Shown here: positions 29,567-41,467 of the stretch, one piece after another | How the letters are laid out: each line of letters opens with the position of its first letter | How positions within the stretch are numbered: position 1 is the stretch's first letter | Assembly: GCA_964016885.1 (NCBI GenBank) | Contig: OZ024742.1 | Coordinates: forward strand, 49,600,001-49,664,000 | Direction of reading: 5' to 3' | DNA from: Eledone cirrhosa | Taxonomy: Eukaryota | DNA length: 64,000 bases | Made by a program: the position numbers and the translations under genes | The notes under the pieces: model-generated | Databases searched by the model: none | What the model was told of the DNA's origin: nothing | The model's input: the letters and a program-made list of their open reading frames with translations, nothing else

Positions 29567-29970
29567 TGATGCTCTGAAATAGCGATGTATATATGAATGT
29601 GCATATAGTATATTTAATAATATACTCTATGTTTATTTTTTTAAATGTTGAAGACCATTCGCTATGAATTTTAAAGTAGTGACTACGTCACGTACTTAGT
29701 CTTGGCTAAAGCAAAGCAGAGTAATCGACGGTAGTACCGTTTCTCACTTGTAAGTGGTTATCAAGACTACACACCCCCTTCGCCTCTGCTGAGAGTTATA
29801 GAAGCTGGATTCCTATAGAATTCCAGTTATGTTTATGAGCTGTTTAAACTCATTAACATACCGAGTGGTTGCTGGCCCAGCAAAAATTAGAAATTAGTAT
29901 TGATGCTCTGAAATAGTGATGTATATATGAATGTGCGTATAGTATATTTACTATTGTACTGTATGTTTAC
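29567..29970. repeat. Direct repeat of about 70 bp, 333 bp apart
   Basis: TTGATGCTCTGAAATAG.GATGTATATATGAATGTGC.TATAGTATATTTA at about 29567 and 29900. Confidence 0.85.
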
Positions 29971-31439
29971 TGTATGTATATATAATGTAAGTGGCAGTTT
30001 TCATTCTCAATTCTTCTGATAGAGAATTACTCAAATTAAAAAAAATTCATATTTTACTTTTTGCTTAGTCTCTATTTTCAATGCTTTTATTTGAAATGGT
30101 TGAGATTATTTTATTTACTTTCAGGCATTACTGTTGATAAAGTAGTTTTATTTTGTCATTGAATCATTAAATAATAACAGAAGATTATAAAAATATATGA
30201 CTTTAGCTATATCAATAACACCTGCAATTTCAAGGATAATGAATGATCATAAGCTAAATAGTAAAAGAAATGTGAGCGGTAGTACTATCACTATTTGTGA
30301 TTATATTGATGAAAAGTATAGGTCTGGTGGTGATAATGGGGTTGTGTTGAAGGTTGTAGCTGTGGGTGTTATGGATAGCAATGGTGATGACAAGCAATAT
30401 CATTTATTAAACTCATTATGATGTTGTGGTAGAAATCAGCAGGTGTAATATTAAACCTTTCTTCTAATATGATGATAACCTCTGGTAAACTTTCCAGATA
30501 TCACCGTAGAAATAGATTACATGAGCATTCACTATAATAAACTGGGAAAGTTTAGCAATAATAAAGAGCTATCTGAATAGTAAACTGATTTAGTTTAGGA
30601 ATAAAGAGAATACAAGCTGAAGGGAAATTTAAAGAAGTATGCACTGTTACTCTTGCATTTTCTTGTCTTTTGTAATTGACTTGCTTATCTCCCTTCCTTA
30701 TTAGATAATGTACCTTAATTGTATATCTCCTATAATGATGAGGAAGATGTTAATGGTAAATTAAACCATTGGATTTAAGAGGATGGCAATAGCATATATA
30801 CAGATATATGGAATGTGTTATTGATAATAGGAAACCTATTAAAGAAGCTGGTGCTGAAAAATTCACGAATTATGAAACAGTTTTCATAAATATTGAGTGA
30901 GGAATGGTAGTGACTAAATATACACACCTCTTAGAAAATACTAAATGCTAAATATGAAAATATTGTCAAATATTGGAAACATGCTGTCAACTAAAGTTTT
31001 AGAAAGGTTTGCAACAGAAATACAAATACACAAAAGATTAATAGGTAAAATAAGTCATATCACAAATTTTTCCTATACTTAGAGAGCTCCAGAGAGACAA
31101 CTGGTAGCTTCTTTTGCTGAAGTAACTTGATTAGCAGTGGTGGATGGTGCTCTAAAAGCTTAGTATCCTGAATACGAATAGGGTTGAAAAAGTTAAGAGA
31201 GATATTACCTTCGCTAGCAACAAAACACATTCCCTCTTTGAGTAAAGATTAGATTCAATTATACCTTTTTACAAAATGCAAGATTTTAAATGCAGAAGAA
31301 GTGTGAAAACAAGTAATAAATAAATTGAACATGCTTTACAAGATATGTAATGCTAGTTTACATAAATACAAAAGCTCAGAAAGGAAAACTGAATATACAA
31401 GGAATGAGATATAGTTGGCTAGAGAGATTTCACTGATAT

Positions 31440-31655
31440 AGACACCTAATACATCTGGATGATGATTATATGAAGAAAAAGAGCCTGGGGCAGTGGTAAA
31501 CTAAGGAAGGCTTTGGTAGAAGTGGTGAAAGTAGATTTCAAGATAGTGAACCTCACAAAGAAGATGGCAAAGGAAACAGATGAGTGGGTGAACATCGTGC
31601 AGGAGAGGATTGGTCAAACAATGCATAAATGAAAAAATTGATATGATGATGACAA
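31440..31655 (+). mobile_element. Degenerate RTE 3' end
   Basis: GSGKLRKAL (degenerate GRPRKTW), MAKETDEW and a GATGATGAC tail. Confidence 0.45.
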
Positions 31656-31664
31656 TCATCACCA

Positions 31665-31940
31665 GCAGCACCATTTAATGTTTTATTTGATATGCTTGCT
31701 TGGGTTAGACGGGTTGACATGTACTGAGGCTAGACTGGTCAGGTCACTTGCCTTGCTTGCACATTTCATTTTTGGTTTGGTTTTCTATAGCTGGATGCCT
31801 TCCTAAGGCAGACACTTTACAGTGTGTATTCAGAGCATTTTATTGTGACATTGACACTTTATATAATAGATTGCGTGCTTTTTGATCATGGTACTAGTAC
31901 TATCACATTACAGTGTGGCCTGTGGAGTGGGGTGGGTTGG
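31665..31940 (-). mobile_element. RTE 3'-UTR-type short repeat (family C)
   Basis: TTTCTATAGCTGGATGCCTTCCTAA..CACTTTACAGTGTG. Confidence 0.65.
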
Positions 31941-32951
31941 TCATTGTGGCAACAATGCTTCATTAAAATGCAGGCTGTGTGTGCTTTCAACATTGCCATC
32001 TGACTGGATCGACTGACAACAATTAATCATTAACAGCAATGACAATAACTATGTCGTCACACCAACAGTAAATTAATTGGTAATTGAAGGGAAAAAAGAC
32101 TAATCTAGTAATATTTCACATCAAAACACCAAATAGCCTTGTGACAGAAGTCTAGCATAAATATTTGATAAACAATAAGCATAGAATAGATTCAACCTAG
32201 TGTTCAAGAAATACTCTTTAAAATATTGCAACTTTTATGAAATGGTGTTGTTGATAATGTTTCGCATTAATAATTTATAGCAAATGTCTGCAGTGTTTCA
32301 CAGACAGTTTCTGACAAATTGTGTCATATGTGTGTGTATGTGTATATCTGTCTCTGCTGCATCTCTGTGCATGTGTCTGTGTCTGTGTGTATGGGTATGT
32401 CTGTGTGTGTCAGTATGTGTCAGACATGTGCTTCTGCTTGTGTGTCTGTCTCTGTATCTGTCTGTCTGTCTTTATATGTGTGTGTGTGCCTGTCTGTCAG
32501 TATCTGTATGCAGCCAATAGTGTGTGCGTCATTATGTGTCAGATGGGCATGTTGCTACCTGTGTGCATGTGTCTGTCTCTGTCTGTATGTATGTGTATTT
32601 TGCATTGTTTTTCAAACTGATGCATGAAGGAACTTTTACAATTTGAATAAAAATATAAAATACTATTAAGAAATGAAGAATTTATCTTTATTTCTACAAG
32701 TATGTAATTTATAGGTTGATAATTTATGCATTTGTACATATTAAATAAAATACATATAGAATAAATATTCTAAGAGAATGCAGAATATATTCCTATATCA
32801 TATTTGGTGATTCCCATGTTTGTGATGGTTCATTTAATTATCCTATTTGTTTCACATGATGAAACAAATAGCAGTAAAATACAAATGTATTGTTTATAAC
32901 TTCTGAAAAAATAAACATTAGAAAAGGCTAATCATCATAACCATCATTATT

Positions 32952-33143
32952 GGCGATGGATTGGCAGTATCGGTAGAGAGTCGGACGCCATGCTTTGCAG
33001 AAGAGAGTTACGGCCCTTGCCATTCTGAGTTCAAATCCTGCCGAGGTTAACTTTGCCTTTCATCCTTACGGGGTCGATAAAATAAAGTACCAGTAATACA
33101 CTGGGATAATTGGTGGCCTTGTGCCAAAAGTAGAAACAATTAT
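32952..33143 (+). mobile_element. tRNA-derived SINE (family A), young short variant
   Basis: A box TGGCAGTATCGG, B box GAGTTCAAATCC, central CTTTGCCTTTCATCCTTACGGGGTCGATAAAATAAAGTACCAG, tail GGCCTTGTGCCAAAAGTAGAAACAATTATT. Confidence 0.9.
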
Positions 33144-33779
33144 TGTCTCTTTTGCATCCACCATTTTCATTGCTTTTCATTGTTTAGATGTGCAAGGGTT
33201 TCTGAGGTGACAGTTTAGATGCCTTTCATTAAACCAACCCATCCTTCATTTATACCACTTATCTTTGTGGCAAACTGAAGTGCACACACACACACACACG
33301 CACACACACACACACACACAACCCCCCCCCCCCCCCCCCCACACACACACATATATGTATGTGTATTTTTAAAGCTATTTTATAGCATCTCCATACTTCA
33401 TCACATGTTGTCGTTTTATTGTCTGCTTTCCTGCTAGCGAGGTTTGGATGCACACCATACTTTATATTATTTTATCACCTCAGTGCTTTGTAAAGATCCA
33501 AAAGATTGGCTATGTATGACAATGTTCGATGACATTTAAGGCTGTGATTAAGCTATCTTATTTAAGAGAGGAGGAGTTGTCATGGGCCCTTGGCTTAATG
33601 GTTTAAAGCACCCAGCAGTTATCTGAGAGATATAGAGTTTTATTTATCATAGCAACCAAAGGCAACTTCTTTATCCATCTTTAAGTGTCTTCACCATATT
33701 TTATAAGCTATGTTATAACATTTGTGCTTGAGCACCAAATTATTTCTGTATAGATGTGTATATATGTATATATATATAT

Positions 33780-34584
33780 CTAGGGCGGGTAAAATTCATG
33801 AGATCCATGGACGAGTTTTCTCCAGCGGTCTCTGTCCCTCATTATCGCTGCCATGTCCTGTGTCTCCAACAGACCAGTGTCTGTCCATAGAGCAAGCATC
33901 AACATACGTTAACCTTGGTCTTCCTCTTCCAGTGTGTCCATGTAGGGGCTCCCACAGGAGCACTGAGTGCAATGTCAACTCTGGATGTCAGTGAGCATGT
34001 CCAGCTAACCTCTGTGTCACTTTTGAGCTGACTTTTGGGAGGATCCCATACAGCTCTGACGTCACTTGTGGCAAAGACCCTCAACAGAATGATTCTTAAC
34101 AGGATCCAGCCTGAGATGGAGAAGAAGCTCAGGGACAACCAGAACGGCTTCAGAGAGGGAAGATCAACCACCAGTCATATCCTGATGCTGAGGAGGATAT
34201 TAGAGGGAGCTAGAGCAAAGTCCCTTCCTGTAGTCATGGTTTTCATTGACTTTATTCTGTGGTCCCTTACTGCCTGATGAAGATCTTACAGGCTTATGGA
34301 ATCCCCAAGATGATAGTGGACCTGATATCACTGCTCTACACCAACACCAAAACCCAAGTCATTACACCTGATGGGATGACAGAGTTCTTTGAGATACTGG
34401 CTGGAGTGCTCCAGCGAGATACATTGGCTCCCTACCTTTTTATCATCGTAGCAGAGGAGCAGGAGAGTTAAGGCGATAAAGATATCAGATGCTGAATTTG
34501 CCGACGACATAGTTTTGGTGACAAATACAGTGAAGGAGGCAGAGGATTTGATGCAGGAGGTTGAGACTGTGTCCATGAGTGTGG

Positions 34585-34586
<2 letters not shown>
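33780..34586. mobile_element. RTE-type LINE copy with inverted internal segment (RT on +, 3' end on -)
   Basis: On + at 34055-34586: [32 protein letters not shown]. On - at 34057-33780: ELYGILPKVS..LAGH..LLWEPLHGHTGRGRPRLTYVD..RDRWRKLV. (TA)n lies on both sides. Confidence 0.85.
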
Positions 34587-34679
<93 letters not shown>

Positions 34680-36109
34680 TTATAAGTGTGTGCATGCATA
34701 TGGATGCATATATATATGTATATATGCATATATATATATATAAATATATATGTATGTATATATATGCATATGTAAGGCCTGATGTTTGAACGAAAAAGAA
34801 ACAGTGTCTGCTGTGCAAAAGAGCCAGATGGAGGAGTATGTCAGCTAGATTTCTCTAAACTGAGTTTAGATGTGTCTTTGCACATATAATCTCGCATATC
34901 TGATGAGATGTCGAAAAAGAGTTGGGCCCTTTCTCCTTGATTGTACTCTGAGCCAATCAATATTGAAACAATTTTACTATGCAAATTAATTTTGTACATA
35001 TGCTGCAGCACTGACACCAACTCTTTTAAATCTCACTCGCTCTCTCTCTATATATACTGTATATATATATAAAACAAGCGTTGTTACAGTTTTATACCAG
35101 TTGCATTTGTGATGGGTCTGAGTTCACAGTAGAGGATATTGTGTAGTTGTATGTAGCACAACACCATATAGTTGTGAAGGAAACGTCTTAACTACACAGT
35201 CATATCTGAGCCTATAATGTCTAGACAAATATATTGTATTGGAATAGTGTATAAAGTTGTGATTTCTGGTCAATTTTATTGAATCTCATGTACTCCTCTA
35301 CAAACATTTTATTGTGTTCATTTACATCGCACCTGAAAGCACTTTCTCACTCGACTTATCTAAAATATAATTATCTCTAACTATTTCCACCAAATTTTTA
35401 TCACATTAGATTTCACAAACAATTTAAACTCATTGAGAAATTTACACTTAAGCTTCCTTGGTAAAATAATTAGCTAATCACTAAAGAATATCTGTTTCAC
35501 ATTATATTGCAGTTACATAAGATAGGCATACAACTGGTTGAAATTACATCCTGTATCTAAAATTGTTCCTGGGAACATCATATTTAACAGTATTATTACA
35601 ATTGGAGCACCTGAGCAGCATTAGAAGATTTAAATGACTAACAAAAATATTACGAGCAAAATTTACAAAGATGGTATCTTTTGTATTTAGTTCATAATTT
35701 CAAGGAGTGTTAGATACACAAGAAAAAATGTATTTAAGAATAAATTCATATTTATGTGTTAGTTTCCACTTATAATGTACATTTTCTTTAGTTTTAACCT
35801 TTCCATTAATATATTTCTAATGCAATACACTGCTGATGATATTTTAGATAATTTTGAAAATAATCAAGAATTTTGATGGATTTAGTAACACTAACCTTTT
35901 CATTAAAAATATTGAATTTGAAATATAACAAACAGACACACATAAAATAATGATGGAAGGTTTTTAGATAAATATAAATATTTTAGTACATAATACAAAT
36001 AGTTTTTTATCAGAGAACCAGGGAGCAGTTTCAAGCAGTTGGGTTAAATATTAATAAGTTTAGGTTCAGGAAAGCTTTATTTGAGGCATATGAGAAGGTA
36101 GACAAAATA

Positions 36110-36661
36110 GAAACTTATGGCATGGAGGATAATTAGAAGTTCCTACATGATAACCTACTATAGTCTACTGAAAAAAAACTTGTGCCTGGAGCAAAGCACC
36201 AGTTAGACAGAAGGTGACCAGATGGTGAAACAGCACAATAAATAGTCAAGAAACATGCATGGAAAGATTGGAAAGAAGGGGGCAGCAAACACAGGTACCT
36301 TGTAGCTAAAAGAGAAACCAAGCAATAGGTATACATGGCACAAAATGAGGCTGAAAGGAGGGGGTTTGCCAATGTCTTGTGGTGTAATGTTCAGAGGCAT
36401 AAGATGTTCCACATTGCAAGGCACCATGTCAGTGTGAATCAGGATGTTGTTGGAGAAAATTGTGTTTGAAATGACACTGGTGTACATGAATGATACTCAA
36501 AAGATAATCTAGATAGAAATGGTGTGAGCTGATCTCAGATCGCTAAAGCTTATGAAGGAGATGACAAATGAATGCAACAAGTGGAGAGATGCTGTACTGC
36601 CAAGAACCTGTCCAACGCATGCAAGTGTGGAATAACAGACATAAAATGATGATGATGATGA
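36110..36661 (+). mobile_element. Internally deleted RTE-type LINE remnant (EN-RT linker joined to 3' end)
   Basis: Manual translation gives KKHAWKDWKEGGSKHRYLVAKRE..NQDVVGENCV, then WRDAVLPRTCPTHASVE and a (GAT)n tail. Confidence 0.7.
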
Positions 36662-37386
36662 TATTTCTTACATAGAGACAAGCTCTAAGTGTAAATATAG
36701 GAAATGAGAAATAGGATTGGCTGATGTTCATATTTATTTCAAAAATGTGAACTGCAATAATTAATAATAATTAAAACCACATTGAAGGATATATTTCTTT
36801 CTTCTCTTTAGATATTGTTATTATTATTCATGACTTCCAGTATATATTGTTATCATTTTATAAGAAACCAAATATAAGAAATACTATAACTATTATTTGA
36901 GTTTCTCTATTTCTATTATATAATAGGAAAAAGTCAGTAATGATTTTTAAAATTGAAAATTTCCCCATACTATAATCATTTAAGTTCTCAATTCCTGTCA
37001 ATGTAGGTTTTGAAATCATCATATTTCCTGTTGAATACTTTTCAGAAGTTTTCTTTATTTTATGTAACATAATGTAATTATTTTTTCTCTTGTATTGTAT
37101 GGTTATAAACCAGAGAATTAATGTTTTTATAAACTATTTCACTCTGTTAATCCAATGACATGAATGTAAATCAATGCAATAAAATGGTGTCAATTTAATA
37201 TATTTCATTTAGATTCCATTTTCAAATTTTATAAAGTTATAAAAGCATTAATGTATTGAAAATAAATGAATTAATTAATGATGCTTGCAATAACAATTGA
37301 TTAAATGCTTCAGTTTTGTCTCTTTTTTTCACTTTTTCAAAAATATTTTATTTCTAATTAATTTTTTTTAATTTCTATATTTTCAG

Positions 37387-37413
37387 ATAAATTACCAAGA
37401 TCTAAGGAACCTA
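37387..37413 (+). CDS. Candidate 27-nt coding microexon of an unidentified host gene
   Basis: Branch-like TTCTAAT near 37352, T-rich tract, TTTTCAG acceptor, exon ATAAATTACCAAGATCTAAGGAACCTA, GTAAGT donor. It is open in phase 1 (xKLPRSKEP). Confidence 0.4.
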
Positions 37414-39315
37414 GTAAGTTTAACTAAATTATTCCAGCAACATTCCTGTAATATCTTGCTTATAGTGGCCTTTCTTTTTCATATATTCAGGTTAAACAAT
37501 AGTTTCTTTGTTTTCACTGAAAATGCAATTGATAATGTATTCATGTTATTAAGCATCTGATGAGAATAAATGAATGAACTGAAATGGGGGGGAACCAAAC
37601 AACAAGAAAAACAGAATTAATCAATTTAGGTTGATTAAATTTATTTGACAGCAAAACAAGTTTTAGAATTTTGATCACATAAAAACATTTATTACTCAAA
37701 ATATAGGAAGACAGAAGAAAAACCTTTTAAATGGATAAAAATATAAAAAAAAATTAAAATGTTGATGATCAAAATTATGATTTAGAAAACAATCCAAAAA
37801 AATTTTAGTAGTGTAAGAATTTTAAAATTTTGACATTCGAGTGTTGCATATTTATTTCAAAATTTGTTTTAATATTCACAAGCCATTTGGTGAATATATT
37901 ACCATTTATTAATTTTATAGAATTAAGTCTTGGAGTTATGAGGTATTGTGATTTTGTATTAAGATGGGAATTGTTGATTGATTTAAGAAAAGTCAGTGTA
38001 ATTTAACCACTGATTTATATTAAGATATGATTTAAAGTAAATAAAAAAAAATAGTCATATTATCCCTTCCTATTCTTTATTAGTTGTAGATTTTTAAACA
38101 TAAGTATTTATGGATCCATAGATCCTGGTGGAGTCATAGCAGTGCTATAGTGACATACAGCAAGTTTTGAGTACTTTAAACATGGTGGAGCTCATCCTAT
38201 CTCCAGGTTGGTACACAGACATTTTCTTTCGGAGAAGGAGATAAATAATGATAGAGAAGTGAAAAAGATACATAGAAGAAGAATAAACCCTAGTACTCTA
38301 CTGATACGTTTTATTAATTTTGAAATGATGAAAGCAAAATTGACTTTCTTTAGATTTGAAATCAGAGCACAAAGCATGCTATCAGATGTTTGAAGTATTC
38401 TGTCGATTTGCTACACCAGTAAACATATAATGAAATATATCCAACCATTGGACAATTAATCTCCATATTGCCTGAAATGTTGTCAGTTGTTTTTTACCTC
38501 CATGTCAGCTCTCATTGATGTAGCCTTCCATTCTAGTGTCACCTGCTTTAACATCAAAAACTGTACCTTGACTCACTTCAGTGGAGTCCACTCTGTTGCA
38601 AACATTCAAATCAGGTGTCCAGTTGGAAGATACCTTCCTCTTTCTGACCAGTATCTGAGACCCTGAAAAGGATTACGGACATTGTTGTTCACCGTCTGAC
38701 TAATCAGTAAAACCACAAAAGCCTATGATGAAAAACATGGACCAAACTTAAATTTTCAATCACTATATCTAGGATCTTGCAATGAATTAGCAGAGTAATT
38801 AGAGTACTGGATTAAATATGATCCAGTATTTTTTTAGGCTCACTCTACCGAGTTGAAATCCCATCAGTGTCATCATTGCCTTTCATTGCAATGATATCTG
38901 TAGATAAAGTATCAGTCTAGTACTACAGTTAATTCATTCTTGATTTATCTTTCTCTGGAAGACAGCAACTAGGATATAACAGTTTGAAGGATGGTCTTCA
39001 TCAAGTTTAAAATGGCCAAACTACACTGTCAGGATGGTGCTCATATGACTCCAACAACAATTAGAGCCATTTGTATCTAGAACCACATTATTCAGTATGT
39101 TCTTCCTTTTTTTCAAATGGTAGGGTGATAGTGAAGGTTATTTGGGTACTATTTTTCAATCAAATATAGAACTGCTCCTCTGATTGGCAATGAAAAAAAC
39201 CAAGGCACACACACTTGTGTGTGTGCCTTGGTTGTGGTACAGGAAGAATGTGTCTCCAGTTTTATTGCCAGTTCAAAGGCCACTGCTCTTTTCAACAACG
39301 CCAAATAACAACGCC

Positions 39316-39405
<90 letters not shown>

Positions 39406-39656
39406 TTATTTATATATATATATGCATAAATGAAGAGAGAAAGAGGGAAGGACAGAGAGAGTAAGAAATGTGTGTATGTGTGTGTATTTGAAATGTGTGT
39501 GTGTGTCTCCTACAGGGGACTCAAACATGGTAGACCAGACTGAAAAAATAAAAGATATATATATATGTGTGTGTGTGTATTATATATATTTGCCTCACAT
39601 CTCGGAGGTTGTTTTTCGTTATTTCGTGGGCCGAAATGCGAATATCGATAATTTAT

Positions 39657-39703
<47 letters not shown>

Positions 39704-39831
39704 AAAGTTCTATTTAAAATTGTCGGGATACAACAAGTAAATATTTTTATACTATCCGGATGACTTCCAAAAACAATGGTTGCATTTTAATAGGGTACGT
39801 CAAAGCTTATTTGTAAAACTGTTATATATTG

Positions 39832-39896
39832 TATTTTGTCTGATGAAGGCATACCATAATTTAATTTGGTATCCCTGAAATATGTATAGTGAAATA
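39832..39896 (+). ncRNA. Type I hammerhead ribozyme motif (minimal, Penelope/retrozyme type), copy 1
   Basis: TATTTTGT-CTGATGA-AGGCATACCA(10-nt loop)TGGTATCCCT-GAAA-TATGTA-TA-GTGAAATA. Stem I forms with three G-U pairs. Confidence 0.7.
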
Positions 39897-39995
39897 AATA
39901 TGGTTTTATAAATATAGTTTCCATTTATTAATATCGTATATATATATATATATATATATATTATACACACACACTCACACACATATATATATATA

Positions 39996-40056
39996 TATCC
40001 TTACACACTTAAATATAAATGCATAGCTATATACATACGTAAATGTATGTATGTAG

Positions 40057-40103
<47 letters not shown>

Positions 40104-40642
40104 ATGTAGGTTTATATTCTATTATAAATTATTAGCTATTTATTATTATGTATCTTTATACACATTCTCATACGCACCCTCTGTATTATATGTAATCTTT
40201 TCATGTTTCAACTTATAAGGTATATAAATATTGAGTTTTGTCAAAACTAATTCACTGCCATGACTGAATTGTACCCATCAACATAGTCAAGGTATGTCAA
40301 GCATCAACTTATTTTATCTGATGAGGACGTACTGTTGAAATACCTCAGTACCTCTGAAATATGTATAATAAAATATATTTGATCACATGAATGTCTATAT
40401 TTATTAATATTTTGAAGTAATATTAATAACCCCAGAAATCATTTTTGTGGAGTGCTTCTATTCTATTGTGAAACTTTATTCATTGATTTATTCATTGAAC
40501 CTTGTTTAACCTTTAATTATATATATATATATATATAAATCTACATACTTACATATATACATACATACATTTACGTATGTATATAGCTATGCATTTATAC
40601 ATTTGTATATAGCCGTGCATTTATATTTAAGTGTGTAAGGAT
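39996..40642. repeat. Inverted repeat (about 80-120 bp arms) enclosing hammerhead copy 2
   Basis: ATCCTTACACACTTAAATATAAATGCA..TAGCTATATACATACGTAAATG is mirrored by CATTTACGTATGTATATAGCTATGCA..TGCATTTATATTTAAGTGTGTAAGGAT. Confidence 0.85.
40310..40375 (+). ncRNA. Type I hammerhead ribozyme motif, copy 2
   Basis: TATTTTAT-CTGATGA-GGACGTACTG(11-nt loop)CAGTACCTCT-GAAA-TATGTA-TA-ATAAAATA. Stem I is a perfect 8 bp. Confidence 0.78.
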
Positions 40643-40789
40643 GTTGACATGATTATTTATTGGGGAGGGGTATGGAGAAAATTCTGTCTCCAGATTTTAT
40701 TACCTAGGGATATTAAATACCACAGCTCTGGCTGAAAGCTGACCAGGTTCTCAACCTCATCAAACACTAATGCAGGCTTGTGTGATATG

Positions 40790-40825
<36 letters not shown>

Positions 40826-41244
40826 CGTATGCATGTGTGTGTATGTTCGTTTCTATGTATATGTATACACCCACACCTTTCATCACCATTGCTTCTTTTT
40901 GTTGTCATTTCTGTTGAAGTTGTTCTTGTAACTGTTGTCAAAGTTGACGTTCTTATGTTCATTTTCTTTGATTTCTTTTGTTTATCTTTTATCTCCCTAG
41001 GGAATTCATTGACAAGCTTATTTTCTTTATTTTCTTCGTTTTCTTCATTCAAATGCATTCACACTTGCTGTCTAAGAGACGTACACATATGACTTATAAA
41101 ACTTACCAAACTAAAGGGGCTTCCAGCGCCCCAAAGCTTCAAACGCCCCCTAACGCCCCCTTGCTGCAAAACGCACCCCTGGAGCTCCGAAATGCCGGGT
41201 GGGATATGCCCCCCCCCCCCGTTGAGAACCTTTGGCCCAGAGGA

Positions 41245-41412
41245 CTATTGTGCACAGCAGAACAGCAGTGGGCTAAGAACCGAACCTTGATGAACTAACA
41301 GTATCTTCACTTGCTTACTAAACTCACTTCCTACTCTCACATTACTGACAGCTCCTCTGGAAATGGCTTGCACTGCTCTTACAAGCCATTCTTCTACACC
41401 TAGTTTCATTAA
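41245..41412 (-). mobile_element. RTE-type RT fragment
   Basis: KLGVEEWLVRAVQA..VRVG..VHQGSVLSPLLF, homologous to the start of the 48224-48820 ORF. Confidence 0.75.
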
Positions 41413-41430
41413 GGACATATATGTGTGCAC

Positions 41431-41467
<37 letters not shown>

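Noticed and set aside
30430-31400. Possible ancient RT remnant (CLSPFL-like motif); similar weak RTE-like traces at 22560-22950
   Set aside because: Too degraded, with many stops and no continuous motif series.
32952-33045. A/B box sequences as tRNA genes
   Set aside because: They are SINE heads followed by a SINE body and tail, and no convincing cloverleaf forms.
40743-41236. hAT-like MITE with GGTTCTCAAC/GTTGAGAACC ends
   Set aside because: Only a 10-bp inverted match and no 8-bp TSD. At most a fragment.
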